64,000 nt of DNA from Candidatus Pacearchaeota archaeon (lineage in GTDB: Archaea > Nanobdellota > Nanobdellia > Pacearchaeales > GW2011-AR1): contig JAGLWM010000002.1 in assembly GCA_023133415.1 (NCBI GenBank), forward strand, positions 24,081-88,080, written 5' to 3'. This document shows positions 9,481 through 19,538 of this stretch, one piece after another (the stretch's first letter is position 1; every line of letters starts with the position of its first letter). The translations under genes and the position numbers were made by a program. The notes beneath the pieces are model-generated. The model was not told the DNA's origin. It did no database searches and saw only the letters and a program-made list of their open reading frames with translations.

Positions 9481-10199
9481 GTTTGATTGAGAGCGTTAAG
9501 AGGAAGAAGGAGTTTTCTATGTTGCCAGATTCTATCGTGGAGCGAGCGCTGAAGGAATCTGGTGAGGATGTTAAAGAGGCTCGGAAGTTGCTTCGGAAAT
9601 ATTTTGGAGTTTTTTTGACGAATCGAGTTTTGAAGGGAAGGGGAGATTTGTTAGGGATTCATATATCGTCGAAGAAGAGGGATTATGAGGATTTTTATTT
9701 TAGGATTTTTGAAGGTATGGATAAAATTAGGAGTGTTGTTGATTTAGGCTGTGGGGTAAATGGATTTTCGTATGAGTATTTGAGAGATGTTATTGGGGAT
9801 GTTGATTATATTGGGGTTGAAGCTGCGGGGCAGTTGGTTGAATTAATGAATAAATATTTTGAGGAGAATGAGTTTAGTGCCTGGGCGATTAAGGGGGACT
9901 TGTTTGATATTGATGGGGTTGTTAAAATATTGGAGAAGAGCGCTAAGCCGAGGGTTGTTTTTTTGTTTCAGGTTGTTGATGCTTTGGAGAGTATGGAAAG
10001 AAATTTTTCTAAGAAGTTTATTTTGAAAGTGATGGAGGGATGTGAATGGATGGTTATTAGTTTGCCATTGGTGAGTTTGGGTGGGAGGAAGAAATTTGAG
10101 GTGAGCAGGAGGTGGTTGGTTGATTTTTTAGAGGAGGAGTTTATTGTCGAAAAGGATTTTGAGATGTTTGGGGAAAGGATTTTGATTTTTAGGAGGTGA
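9477..10199 (+). CDS. Putative SAM-dependent methyltransferase
   Basis: VVDLGCGVNG matches class-I MTase motif I. Otherwise unassigned. Confidence 0.35.
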   Translation: MSLIESVKRKKEFSMLPDSIVERALKESGEDVKEARKLLRKYFGVFLTNRVLKGRGDLLGIHISSKKRDYEDFYFRIFEGMDKIRSVVDLGCGVNGFSYEYLRDVIGDVDYIGVEAAGQLVELMNKYFEENEFSAWAIKGDLFDIDGVVKILEKSAKPRVVFLFQVVDALESMERNFSKKFILKVMEGCEWMVISLPLVSLGGRKKFEVSRRWLVDFLEEEFIVEKDFEMFGERILIFRR

Positions 10200-10236
10200 T
10201 AGTTAGTTATTTAAATTCGGATATTTTTTTGTTGGT

Positions 10237-11148
10237 ATGGTTATATATGTTATCGGACATAAGAGTCCGGATAGTGATTCGGTTTGTGCGGCCTTGGCTG
10301 TTGCGGATTTGAAGAGGCAGTTGGGGGATGATGTCGAGGCTCGGGTTGCTGGAGAGATTAATTCGGAGAGTCGGTTTATTTTGGAGAAGTTTGGAGTTGG
10401 TGTGCCTGATATTTTGGAGGATGCGAGTGGTAAAGAGATTATTTTGGTCGATCATACGGATTTGTCGCAGGCTGTTGTTGGCATGGAGAACGCGGAGATT
10501 GTGGGGATTGTTGATCATCATAAGCTTGGGGATGTTACTACAAGCAAGCCGCTCGAGATTTTGGTTCGGCCGCTTGGGAGCACTTGCACGATTATCAAGG
10601 GATTGTTTGATTATTATGAGAAGAGGATTTCTAGGGAAATTGCGGGGTTGATGCTTTGTGCGATTTTGAGTGATAGTGTTATTTTTAGGTCGCCGACGAC
10701 TACAGATGAAGATAGGAGGGTTGCTCGTGAGTTGGCGGAGATTGCAGGGATCGAGAATTTGGAAGAGTTGGGGATGGAGATGTTTAGGGTAAAGTCTGAG
10801 GTTGAAGGGGTTTTGGCGAGGGATTTGGTAATGAGAGATTATAAGGATTTTGAGATGGGCGGGAAACGGATAGGTATTGGGCAGTTGGAGTTGGTTGATT
10901 TGGAGTTGGTTGCCGGAATTAGAAATGAGTTATTGGAGGAGATGAGGAAGTTGAAGGATGAAGGGAGGCATGCGGTGTTTTTGATGTTGACGGATATTAT
11001 GAAGGAAGGAACGGAATTGCTTTGTGTTTCGGATGAGGAAGGTTTGAGAGAGAGGGTTTTTGGAGATAGTGAGGATGGATGGCTTGAGGGAATGATGAGT
11101 CGGAAGAAGCAGGTGGTGCCTGAACTTGAAAAATATTTTTCAAGTTAG
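10237..11148 (+). CDS. ppaC: Family II (Mn-dependent, DHH/DHHA2) inorganic pyrophosphatase
   Basis: GHKSPDSDS, VDHH, LTDHT-like and SPTT motifs. Collinear with PpaC. Confidence 0.8.
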   Translation: MVIYVIGHKSPDSDSVCAALAVADLKRQLGDDVEARVAGEINSESRFILEKFGVGVPDILEDASGKEIILVDHTDLSQAVVGMENAEIVGIVDHHKLGDVTTSKPLEILVRPLGSTCTIIKGLFDYYEKRISREIAGLMLCAILSDSVIFRSPTTTDEDRRVARELAEIAGIENLEELGMEMFRVKSEVEGVLARDLVMRDYKDFEMGGKRIGIGQLELVDLELVAGIRNELLEEMRKLKDEGRHAVFLMLTDIMKEGTELLCVSDEEGLRERVFGDSEDGWLEGMMSRKKQVVPELEKYFSS

Positions 11149-11220
11149 GTGTTGGTATTAGGTCGCTTTGTATATATTTATATTAGAAAGTTATTTAAGT
11201 AAGGCTGATAATTTTTTGTT

Positions 11221-12471
11221 ATGGAATTTGAAAAAAGGGTTTTGGCGAATGGGTTGACGGTTTTGTTTGAGAAGCGGGATGTTGATGTGACTAGTGTGAT
11301 GTTGGGCGTGAAGTATGGGTCGGCTTATGATTCTATTGAGGAGAAGGGGATGGCGCATTTTATTGAGCATTTGTGTTTTAAGGGGACGAAGAAGCGGACA
11401 GCGAAGCAGATTGTTGATGAAGTTGAGAAGATTGGAGGGGAGGTGAATGCTTTTACTCATGAAGAGATTACGGCTTATTATGTTAAGTTGTCGTCGGAGC
11501 ATTTGGATGTGGCAATGGATGTGATTTTTGATATTTTTTTTAGTCCTGTTTTTCCTGAGGGGGATGTTGGAAGGGAGGCGAGTGTTATCTGTGAGGAGAT
11601 TAAAATGGTTAGAGATAATCCGATGAGACATGCATTGGAGAAAATTAAGGAAAATTTGTATGAGGAACCATTCGGGTTTTTTGGTGGCGGGAGGGCTGAG
11701 GTTGTTCGGCGAATGACAAGGAATCAATTGAAGGGGAGGCATGATGAGGTTTATCTTCCTGAGAATTCGGTTCTTTGTGTTGTTGGGAATAATGATTTTA
11801 GCGAGATAATTTCCCTTGCAGAGAAACTTACTTTGGGGGTCAGAAGTCAGAGGTCGGAAGTCGGGGCCGCTCGGCACACCCCAAATACTCTGAGTTCTGG
11901 GGCGAGTCAGAAGTTGGAGGTGCCGGAGATTGTTGGGAAGATTGTTAAGAATGATGAAAAGAGGGCGGGTTTGGAGCAAGCGAATGTTGTGCTTGGTTTT
12001 CATTTTCCGATGGCGAGCGATAAGGAGCGTTATGCTGCGGAGGTTTTTTCGGCGATTTTGGGGCAGGGGATGAGTTCAAAGCTTTTTGCAGAGGTCCGAG
12101 AGAAGAGGGGTTTGGTTTATGGGGTAAAAACGGATTTGGATATGGGGAAGAATTATGGCTATATGGTGATTTGGGCTGGGACAGATCCAGTGAAGGTTGA
12201 GGAGGTGAAGAGTATCTGTTTAGAGGAGTTTGGGAAGATGGGGGAGATTACTGAGGCTGAGTTGGAGGAAGCGAAGGCTCAGGTTGTTGGGAATTGGAAG
12301 GTTGAGTCAGAGGGGTCTAGTGAGACGGCTGTGAATTTGATTATGGAGGAGATTGCAGGGGATGCTAGGGAGTATTATGATTATGAGGATAGAATTGGTG
12401 AGGTGACGCTTGAGGATATTAAGAAGTTGGCTGGGAAGACTGAGTTCGCTTCGTTTAGTTTGGGGCCATGA
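11221..12471 (+). CDS. M16-family zinc peptidase (pitrilysin-like) carrying an in-frame module-B repeat insertion
   Basis: HFIEH inverted zinc motif. Repeat-derived segment at about 11838-11910 is translated as GVRSQRSEVGAARHTPNTLSSGAS. Confidence 0.75.
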   Translation: MEFEKRVLANGLTVLFEKRDVDVTSVMLGVKYGSAYDSIEEKGMAHFIEHLCFKGTKKRTAKQIVDEVEKIGGEVNAFTHEEITAYYVKLSSEHLDVAMDVIFDIFFSPVFPEGDVGREASVICEEIKMVRDNPMRHALEKIKENLYEEPFGFFGGGRAEVVRRMTRNQLKGRHDEVYLPENSVLCVVGNNDFSEIISLAEKLTLGVRSQRSEVGAARHTPNTLSSGASQKLEVPEIVGKIVKNDEKRAGLEQANVVLGFHFPMASDKERYAAEVFSAILGQGMSSKLFAEVREKRGLVYGVKTDLDMGKNYGYMVIWAGTDPVKVEEVKSICLEEFGKMGEITEAELEEAKAQVVGNWKVESEGSSETAVNLIMEEIAGDAREYYDYEDRIGEVTLEDIKKLAGKTEFASFSLGP

Positions 12472-12493
12472 TAGTTAATTTTAAAAGTTGTAA

Positions 12494-12940
12494 ATGTTTT
12501 TGAGTGTTATGAATTCTTATCAAATAAGGAGTGCTAAGTTAACCGAATCTAAAAAGATTTATTTAGATATTTTAAAGAGGTCTGGTCGAGAGGCATATAA
12601 TGAGCAACTTATTCGTGATTTAATTAAAGACGATTTCTCTATTTGTTTGGTTGCAAAAAAGGCGGGAGAGATTGTGGGTACACTAGGTGCAAGAAGAGAG
12701 GGATATAGGGCATATTGGTTGTATTTTTTGCACTCCAAGGAAGAGGATGATGGTGAAATTGAGGAGTTATTAATGAAAAATTTTTTGGGGACGGTAAAAA
12801 TAAAAAATGCAAATAAGATTGCTTCTGATACTCCTGAAATTAAATTGCTTAAAAGATTTGGTTTTAATGAAGTTGGGAGAATTCCAAAATGGCAGTCGGA
12901 TGGGAAGGATCAAGTAATAATGTTTAAAGAATTAAAGTGA
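12494..12940 (+). CDS. Possible GNAT-like acetyltransferase
   Basis: Weak fold-level resemblance only. Confidence 0.25.
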   Translation: MFLSVMNSYQIRSAKLTESKKIYLDILKRSGREAYNEQLIRDLIKDDFSICLVAKKAGEIVGTLGARREGYRAYWLYFLHSKEEDDGEIEELLMKNFLGTVKIKNANKIASDTPEIKLLKRFGFNEVGRIPKWQSDGKDQVIMFKELK

Positions 12941-13196
12941 ATTAGTTTTGAGTGCTAATGTATAATTTTAAATTCTGTTTTAATGATTTATTTTATGAAA
13001 ATCTTAGTGTGTCGAGGGTTAATGTTTTAGGGAAGATTGATATTGAGAAAATGGGAGAAAAAGTTTTGGCGGGGATGATAAGATTTATAGAGACATGATT
13101 CATGAAATTGCATCGAGAGTTGAAGTTGTTGTCATAGATAATTCTTTTGTGAAAAGTAAATATTCAATCGACTTAGGATATTTTATTGAATAGTTT

Positions 13197-13889
13197 TTAA
13201 TCTTTTAGAAGTGAGAAAAATCTTTTTATTTTGTCTTCGTTGAGTATTTTTATTTCTTTAAATTCTTTTTCGGTGGTTTTGAAAATATTCTCTAATGATT
13301 TGAATTCTTCTAAGAGGTTTTTTGCGGCGACGGGTCCTATTCCTGGGAAGCCTTCGAGAATGAATTGTTTTTGTTCTTTTGGTGTTTTTAGGGTTTTTGT
13401 TTGGCGGATTGTGTTTTGTGTTTTTGATTTTTCATATCGTTTAGCGAGGAGTATTAGAAAATTCGCGGTGTCTTCTTCGTTTTCTGTATAGATTATTGGA
13501 ATTTGAAAATCTGTTGCGATTGATAATAGCATTCCTCTAATGGCATTTTCATGAATGTTGAATTTAGCGTATTCATAATGGAAGCTTTCGAGGATTAGAA
13601 GTTGTTTAGGATATTTTTTCATTTCTTTTAATTGGGAAGTTAAGCGTTTGTCTATTATAGATGAGATGAAATCTGGGAAGGTTTTTCGTTCGACGATTGT
13701 CTCATTAATAAGATAGTCGCCGATTTCGAGGAGTTCGTGTTTTATATTTGCTTTTTGTTGAATGAGGTTTGCGGTAATGAGTGATTGTTTTTCACGGGTA
13801 TCGACGATGATTGAGATTTTTGGGTTTGGGCAAGATTTGGTTTGAGTGAGTGTTGGGGTGGTCGAGAAAATGTTTTCGATTTGTTTCAT
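13197..13889 (-). CDS. XPF/Hef-type ERCC4 nuclease domain protein with C-terminal HhH2
   Basis: VDTRE...ERK..D nuclease motifs. GFPGIGPVAAKNLL helix-hairpin-helix. Confidence 0.75.
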   Translation of the reverse strand: MKQIENIFSTTPTLTQTKSCPNPKISIIVDTREKQSLITANLIQQKANIKHELLEIGDYLINETIVERKTFPDFISSIIDKRLTSQLKEMKKYPKQLLILESFHYEYAKFNIHENAIRGMLLSIATDFQIPIIYTENEEDTANFLILLAKRYEKSKTQNTIRQTKTLKTPKEQKQFILEGFPGIGPVAAKNLLEEFKSLENIFKTTEKEFKEIKILNEDKIKRFFSLLKD

Positions 13890-14149
13890 ATTTTTTTGTT
13901 GATTTTTGTATATAAATATTTTTTTATACGTAATTTTTTAAACTATTTTTTTGTATTATTTTATAATGGTCGGGAAAATGGGAAGTAGTAGCGGGAGTAT
14001 TAGGATTTTGGAAATTATTACAAATAATGGAAGAAGGGGGAAAATGATTAATCAAAATTTGAAAGTTTTAAGAAAACATTTTTCTAATAAAATTTTGGAA
14101 AATAGTTTAGTACAAGCAATTACAAAAAATAATGCATAAATTTGATTTG

Positions 14150-15700
14150 CTATATAAACAGATTTTTTTGGTTTTCTTTTAAATCGAACTCTTTTTTTAT
14201 TTGTTGAATTGCCGAGTGCATTTGTTTTTCTTTGTGGTGTGCGACGTAGTGGAAAATTTCATCTGCTGTTTTTTTGGTAATTAGGATTTTTAATTTCCCT
14301 TTTGAGAGACGCGCGGTTCTTCCTGCTCGTTGAATTTTTCGGATTGCGGAGGGGATTGGTTCGTAGAATATGACTTCGTTTACTTCTGGAATATCGAGTC
14401 CTTCTTCGGCTATGGATGTTGCAACTAGAACATTTATTTTTCCTGCTTTGAATTTTTCTATTATTTCTTTTTGTTCTTTTTGTTTGAGTCCGGTTGTCTT
14501 GCCTTTGCCATGATTTTTGATTGCTTGGCCAACGAAGTTTTCGGCTTTTATATTTGGGATTGTATTTAGCGTTTCTGATATTGTTCGGACGGTCTCTCTG
14601 AATTGGGCGAAGATTATGATTTTGGAGCTAGGGTTTTTTTGGAATTGGTTTTTTACGATTTTTTTTAGTTCGTAGAGTTTTGGATGTTCTTGATTTAATA
14701 ATTGGGCGAGAGAAAATGCTTTTGTGAACTCTGGCATCGTTGTGAGTCTCTGGACGCTTTTGGATTTTTTTTCTGCGGCTTGTTTGAATAGATCTTTTAG
14801 GTAAGAGATGAATGATGAGATTGTTTGGGTTTCGAGAAGGGTGATTGCGTGGGAGATTTTTAGCGCGGTTGCTGTGGCGGATATTGCGAGCATTTTGTTC
14901 AGATCTTTTTTTCTTTTGATTTCTTGCATAAGACGGGATTGAATTTTTAGGAGCATGGTTTTTGAGGGATAGCTAAAGAGGACTCGTCGGTGTTTTAGTT
15001 CAGATACTTTTCTGTTGTAGATTTTTTCTAAAAGGAGTTTTATTTCTAGGAAGTCGGATGGGAAGTCGACTTCGATTTTTTCGAATTCGAGGTCTTGAAG
15101 GTAGGGTTTGACGTCGGGAGAATCTCGGGTTCTGATTTCGACTGCTTTGATTCCGAGGTTGTTGCAAACTTCTTGGATTGTTTTTTTGTCTCCGCCTGGA
15201 GATGCCGTTAGAGCCAAGACTCGTCGGTTGCTGGATTGTGTTTTGTATTTTTGCGCTACAAAGTTGTAGGCATAGTTTTTGAGGCAGCGGTGGCATTCGT
15301 CGACTACGAGGAGGGATACTTCTTTTAGGTCATATAATTCTTTTTTTAGATCGTTTGATATGCATTGTGGGGTTGAAAAGATGAATTCGGCGGTTTCCCA
15401 TATTTCTTTTCTTTTTGTGGAGGGGGTTTTCCCAGTGAAGAGTTGCATGTCTGCCCAGTCTTCGGGAAGGTTTTTTTTGAATGATTCGAAGTGTTGTTCA
15501 ATTAAAGGTTTGGTTGGAGCGAGAATTAGGATTTTTTGAAGTGGGTATTTTTTGAAACGATTGATTGTGAGCATTAGTGCGAGGAGTGTTTTTCCTGTTC
15601 CGGTTGGTAGAATTACTAAGCAATCTTTTTCTTCGCAGGTTTTGTAAATTGCGGACTGGTATTCTCTGGGTTGGATATTTTTTAGTAATTTGTGTGGCAT
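14150..15700 (-). CDS. Hef/FANCM-like SF2 helicase (DECH box)
   Basis: PTGTGKT Walker A, VVDECH, helicase C motifs. Directly upstream of the ERCC4 nuclease gene, so Hef is split. Confidence 0.8.
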   Translation of the reverse strand: MPHKLLKNIQPREYQSAIYKTCEEKDCLVILPTGTGKTLLALMLTINRFKKYPLQKILILAPTKPLIEQHFESFKKNLPEDWADMQLFTGKTPSTKRKEIWETAEFIFSTPQCISNDLKKELYDLKEVSLLVVDECHRCLKNYAYNFVAQKYKTQSSNRRVLALTASPGGDKKTIQEVCNNLGIKAVEIRTRDSPDVKPYLQDLEFEKIEVDFPSDFLEIKLLLEKIYNRKVSELKHRRVLFSYPSKTMLLKIQSRLMQEIKRKKDLNKMLAISATATALKISHAITLLETQTISSFISYLKDLFKQAAEKKSKSVQRLTTMPEFTKAFSLAQLLNQEHPKLYELKKIVKNQFQKNPSSKIIIFAQFRETVRTISETLNTIPNIKAENFVGQAIKNHGKGKTTGLKQKEQKEIIEKFKAGKINVLVATSIAEEGLDIPEVNEVIFYEPIPSAIRKIQRAGRTARLSKGKLKILITKKTADEIFHYVAHHKEKQMHSAIQQIKKEFDLKENQKNLFI

Positions 15701-15788
15701 AGAAAAAATAAATTGGGAGGGTATTTATAGGTTGCGAGATTGTCGGGTTTATTTTAATAAAGATGTAATAGTATTATTTTTTACTCGA

Positions 15789-17276
15789 TTATTTCTTTTG
15801 AATTTTGAAATAAATAAAAGTTGGGATTTTCATTTGTTTCTCATTTATTTTAATATTTATAAAAATTTTTCTTCCTTCGTGGAAAGCTATGATGTTAAAA
15901 TTTTTTAGCAAGAATGGACTTAAATAATTAGAAAAAGTATGTGAAGGTTCTTGCACTATCAATTGTCCGTCAAATATCGGCAAATTTACAATTTCTTGCG
16001 TATGATAATTATTTTCTTTTTTATATGATAAAAGCATAAGGGGATGAGCTACAATTATCCCTGCTGTCCCATTTTTTTTCAAAACCCTATAAATTTCTTT
16101 AAAGGCAGTTGTCGGATTTTTTGCATAATGAATCGCACAATTACTTATTATAATATCAAATGAATTATTTTGAAAAGGCAAATTATTAAAATTTGCAATT
16201 TGCATATATTTTTTTAAATGAGGATACTTGTTTATCCCTTCCTGTATCATGTTTTTTGAAGAATCAATTCCTATAACTTCTGCACCCCGTAGATAGCAAT
16301 AATTCAAATCATCACCAATGCCACATCCAATATCGAGAATTTTTTTATTTTCTATATTCCCTAATTCTTTTTTTAATAAGTTTATATGTTCCGCATTATT
16401 AATTTCAAACCTTTTTCCTTTGTGGAGATAATCTTGATATTTTTTGTCATATTGTGTTTCATATCTTTTACTACACCTAACAATAATATTATACATACCA
16501 CCTTTGATAAAATTTATAAAAAAATCAACTTTCTTGTTTGGTCTGGCAATAATTTTTTCATCAATTTGAAGTCCGCATTTGTTAAGCCATTCTTCTGCGG
16601 CTTTTTCCGTTTTCCATTCGTAATAATGAAATTTCTTACTAAATGAATCAATTTTGCAAATAGGAATAGATAAAATGAAATTTGATTTATCAGGAGATTT
16701 TTTGACAAGTTGTGATAGATATAATGTAGGGTCTTTAGTGTGCTCAATTGAATCCATAAACAAATATGTATCAAAATTTCCGGGATACTTTTGATTATCC
16801 ATATTATCAATTTTGAAATTAATTTGTTTTTCCCACGAAGGGACTTTGTAGTTTAAGATAATTTTAGCAAAGTTTATTGTCGAGGAATCCATATCAATTA
16901 AAGTCAATTTTTTATTGTCTTGTAATACATATTCAAAAACATATTTAGAGGGTGTTCCAAAACCAATTTCTGCAATTGATTCAGGATTTATTTTATTAAG
17001 AAATTTTATTACAGCATCTTGTCTTATTTGATGATAAGAATTCTTTACTAAATTTAATAAATGGAGTGTTAGATTCATTTCTTTTGTTGAATAAATTTTA
17101 TTATTATATTTTTGCTCAACTGCACACATATCATAATCAATTGCCTTTTCTATAATTTTTTTTTCAGATGAGTTTATGGCTTTAATGAGAAATTTAAATT
17201 CTTGTTTATAGGCAGGATTATTTATTACGAATTTGGTTCTTTGTATTGTTTTTTGTCTTAATTTTATTTTATCCAT
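15789..17276 (-). CDS. Two-domain class I SAM-dependent methyltransferase
   Basis: ILDIGCGIGDD motif I in C-terminal half. Second EIGFG motif in N-terminal half. A-rich composition unlike neighbours. Confidence 0.55.
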   Translation of the reverse strand: MDKIKLRQKTIQRTKFVINNPAYKQEFKFLIKAINSSEKKIIEKAIDYDMCAVEQKYNNKIYSTKEMNLTLHLLNLVKNSYHQIRQDAVIKFLNKINPESIAEIGFGTPSKYVFEYVLQDNKKLTLIDMDSSTINFAKIILNYKVPSWEKQINFKIDNMDNQKYPGNFDTYLFMDSIEHTKDPTLYLSQLVKKSPDKSNFILSIPICKIDSFSKKFHYYEWKTEKAAEEWLNKCGLQIDEKIIARPNKKVDFFINFIKGGMYNIIVRCSKRYETQYDKKYQDYLHKGKRFEINNAEHINLLKKELGNIENKKILDIGCGIGDDLNYCYLRGAEVIGIDSSKNMIQEGINKYPHLKKYMQIANFNNLPFQNNSFDIIISNCAIHYAKNPTTAFKEIYRVLKKNGTAGIIVAHPLMLLSYKKENNYHTQEIVNLPIFDGQLIVQEPSHTFSNYLSPFLLKNFNIIAFHEGRKIFINIKINEKQMKIPTFIYFKIQKK

Positions 17277-17283
17277 TTTGAAT

Positions 17284-17898
17284 TTATATAACTGTTAGTG
17301 CTAATGCTAAAAACAGCATCGCGATTGTGAATACGACGGTCCACAGTGCTCGGCTTGCGTAGAAAATTTTTGATCCGTCGAGTCGGCTGAATGGGATTAC
17401 GGACCATGCGATGAAGTAGATTGAAAGTTTTGCGAATAATTCGAATCCTGCGATGTAGGCGGTTATTGCCAAGATTAGGTTCGTGATTATTCCCCAAATT
17501 GCAATCCATGCCATGTGCCATTCTGTTACTTCGCTAAATCTATATAATCCGTGTCTTCGGGTTGCTCGTTCCGGTTTTGCCTTGACATCGAATTCTAATA
17601 CTCCGAGCCAGAGGAAGAATCCTTTTGAGAAGAGAGTTAGGAGAAGTGGGAGCCAAATCATTGGGATAGGTTTGTTAAAGTGCATATCTTTTCTGAAGCC
17701 ATATTGGTAAAGTGTCCAAAATTTTGTTTTGATGTCGGTTTCGAATTTGTAGGCGACGATTTTTTTTGCGAGGATGTTTGCGGTTATTATTATTAGAAAG
17801 CTTAGAGTTGCGGCATATAGGATGTCGGTGTTTTTGAAGGAGACGGCTAGGGCCAGGACAATTGCGGTTATGATAACTACGAAAGGTTCTTTGTTCAT
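17284..17898 (-). CDS. Polytopic membrane protein (possible degenerate S2P/M50-like; LDG motif but no HExxH)
   Basis: SRLDGSKIF near C-terminus. No catalytic HExxH. Confidence 0.3.
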   Translation of the reverse strand: MNKEPFVVIITAIVLALAVSFKNTDILYAATLSFLIIITANILAKKIVAYKFETDIKTKFWTLYQYGFRKDMHFNKPIPMIWLPLLLTLFSKGFFLWLGVLEFDVKAKPERATRRHGLYRFSEVTEWHMAWIAIWGIITNLILAITAYIAGFELFAKLSIYFIAWSVIPFSRLDGSKIFYASRALWTVVFTIAMLFLALALTVI

Positions 17899-18040
17899 AG
17901 TAAAAGAAGTTTATTATTTTTTATAAAGCTTTTCAAATTAAACATTTTTTGTTAAGGGAGTGTTGAAATATAGATTTAATGCTAGGTTATATGTTTTTGA
18001 ACATAGAAATGTATTTAAATGAAAAGTTTGTTGGTGTTTC

Positions 18041-18337
18041 ATGTTGAAGATAAAAAGACTTAGTGAAGTTATTGGAAGGCGAGTTTATACTGATTCGGGA
18101 GACTTGTTTGGAGTGATTGAGGAAGTTAACTTGGTTGATAATCGGATTGATGGTTGGAGGATTGTTGTTTCGAGGGAGTCTGGAATGATTGAGATTTTGG
18201 GTGGAGCTCGAGGGGTTATTGTTCCGCACCAGTTTATTAAGGCGATTGGAGATATTATTATTATTAATAAGAATGCAGTTCCGGTTAGGCAGGAAGAAGA
18301 GGATGGGGATCTTGGCTTTGATTCTGAAGAAGAGTAA
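18041..18337 (+). CDS. PRC-barrel domain protein
   Basis: 98 aa, GRRVYTDSGDLFGVIEEVNLV pattern. Acidic tail. Confidence 0.55.
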   Translation: MLKIKRLSEVIGRRVYTDSGDLFGVIEEVNLVDNRIDGWRIVVSRESGMIEILGGARGVIVPHQFIKAIGDIIIINKNAVPVRQEEEDGDLGFDSEEE

Positions 18338-18436
18338 TTTTAATTTTTAGCGCAAATTTTGTCGTGGTAGTTCTGCGTACCCACTAATTTGCTTGGCAGT
18401 GATACACCAAGATAAAGAATTGAGGGTAAGAATTGT

Positions 18437-18793
18437 TTAATCTTTACAATATCTTTCTAAATCATCTATTCCTCTTTGATAAGCGCCTTTTTTAGAAAAC
18501 TGTGCATTAGTGTAATATTTTTTGAACAAATCGTAAGCATGTTCAGAAGATTGAACTGGAATTTCAGGATTTATAAGAGGGTTTGTTAAAGATCTAAGTT
18601 TTGTTATATCAATTATCGGCAAATCCTGTCTCCACATCGCACTACCATTTTGGAAAGTTAAAGAAGCATCTAAAAAAGTGCGTGTTTCATTTACTCTATT
18701 ATCAAGTAATTTTTGAGTCCTAGAAACAAAACTAGATTTATAAGTGTGATCTATTCTATCAGACATTGCTTGTAATTGCTCGCCAATTGACAT
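18437..18793 (-). CDS. Hypothetical protein
   Basis: ORF only. A-rich. Confidence 0.3.
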   Translation of the reverse strand: MSIGEQLQAMSDRIDHTYKSSFVSRTQKLLDNRVNETRTFLDASLTFQNGSAMWRQDLPIIDITKLRSLTNPLINPEIPVQSSEHAYDLFKKYYTNAQFSKKGAYQRGIDDLERYCKD

Positions 18794-19032
18794 TTTATTC
18801 TCCTTATAAAGGAGGGTAGGATATATAAAACTTTCGGTTCATTGGTCTTTTGGAAGTAGTAACAATTCTTACTCATTCTCAAATTAGGCGATTGTGGAAA
18901 TTGAGATTAATATGCAATTATCGTTTTTAAAAGTTTATGGGTTTCAGATTTTTTGCATGGTTTGTAAATATGTTCTAAGTTTATAATCTTAACTTCAGAT
19001 AAATTTATATAAGATTTTAGTTTGGGAAATGT

Positions 19033-19515
19033 ATGATATTTGACAATCCATTTTTTACGGAAATGTTGTTGCCTTTTTTATTAGTGTTCGTTGTAGTGTT
19101 TGCGATTTTGCAGAAGTCGAAAATTTTGGGAGAGGGGAAGGCGCAGGTTGATGCGATGGTTGCATTGGTCGTTGGTTTGATTTTGATTGGGGTTCCAGGT
19201 CCGCGAGATATTTTGGTTGGAATTATGCCCTGGATGGCGGTTGGTGTTGCGGTGATTTTAGTATTTTTGATTTTGTATGGTTTTGTTGCTGGGGATTTGA
19301 GTGGGGCGGGCACGCCTGCTTGGTTGAAGAATGTATTTATGGGTTTGGCGACATTGTTTACTTTAGGTGTTGTTTTATTTGTGAGTGGCTTGGGATCGAA
19401 GCTATGGGATTCGTTTGGAGGGAGTAGCGATGTTTGGATGAACGTTATTATGATTGTTTTGGTTCTTGGGGCAATGGCGGTTGCGATTTTTGGTGCGAAG
19501 AAGAAAAAAGATTAA
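19033..19515 (+). CDS. Paralogous small membrane protein 1 of 3
   Basis: Shares N-terminal motif FAIL(Q/K)K(S/T)xILGE with the next two genes. Confidence 0.55.
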   Translation: MIFDNPFFTEMLLPFLLVFVVVFAILQKSKILGEGKAQVDAMVALVVGLILIGVPGPRDILVGIMPWMAVGVAVILVFLILYGFVAGDLSGAGTPAWLKNVFMGLATLFTLGVVLFVSGLGSKLWDSFGGSSDVWMNVIMIVLVLGAMAVAIFGAKKKKD

Positions 19516-19538
19516 CTGGAAAGATATATAAATAAGAT

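Noticed and set aside
10207-10651. ORFs 10207-10521 (minus) and 10328-10651 (plus)
   Set aside because: Alternative frames inside the well-supported family II pyrophosphatase gene.
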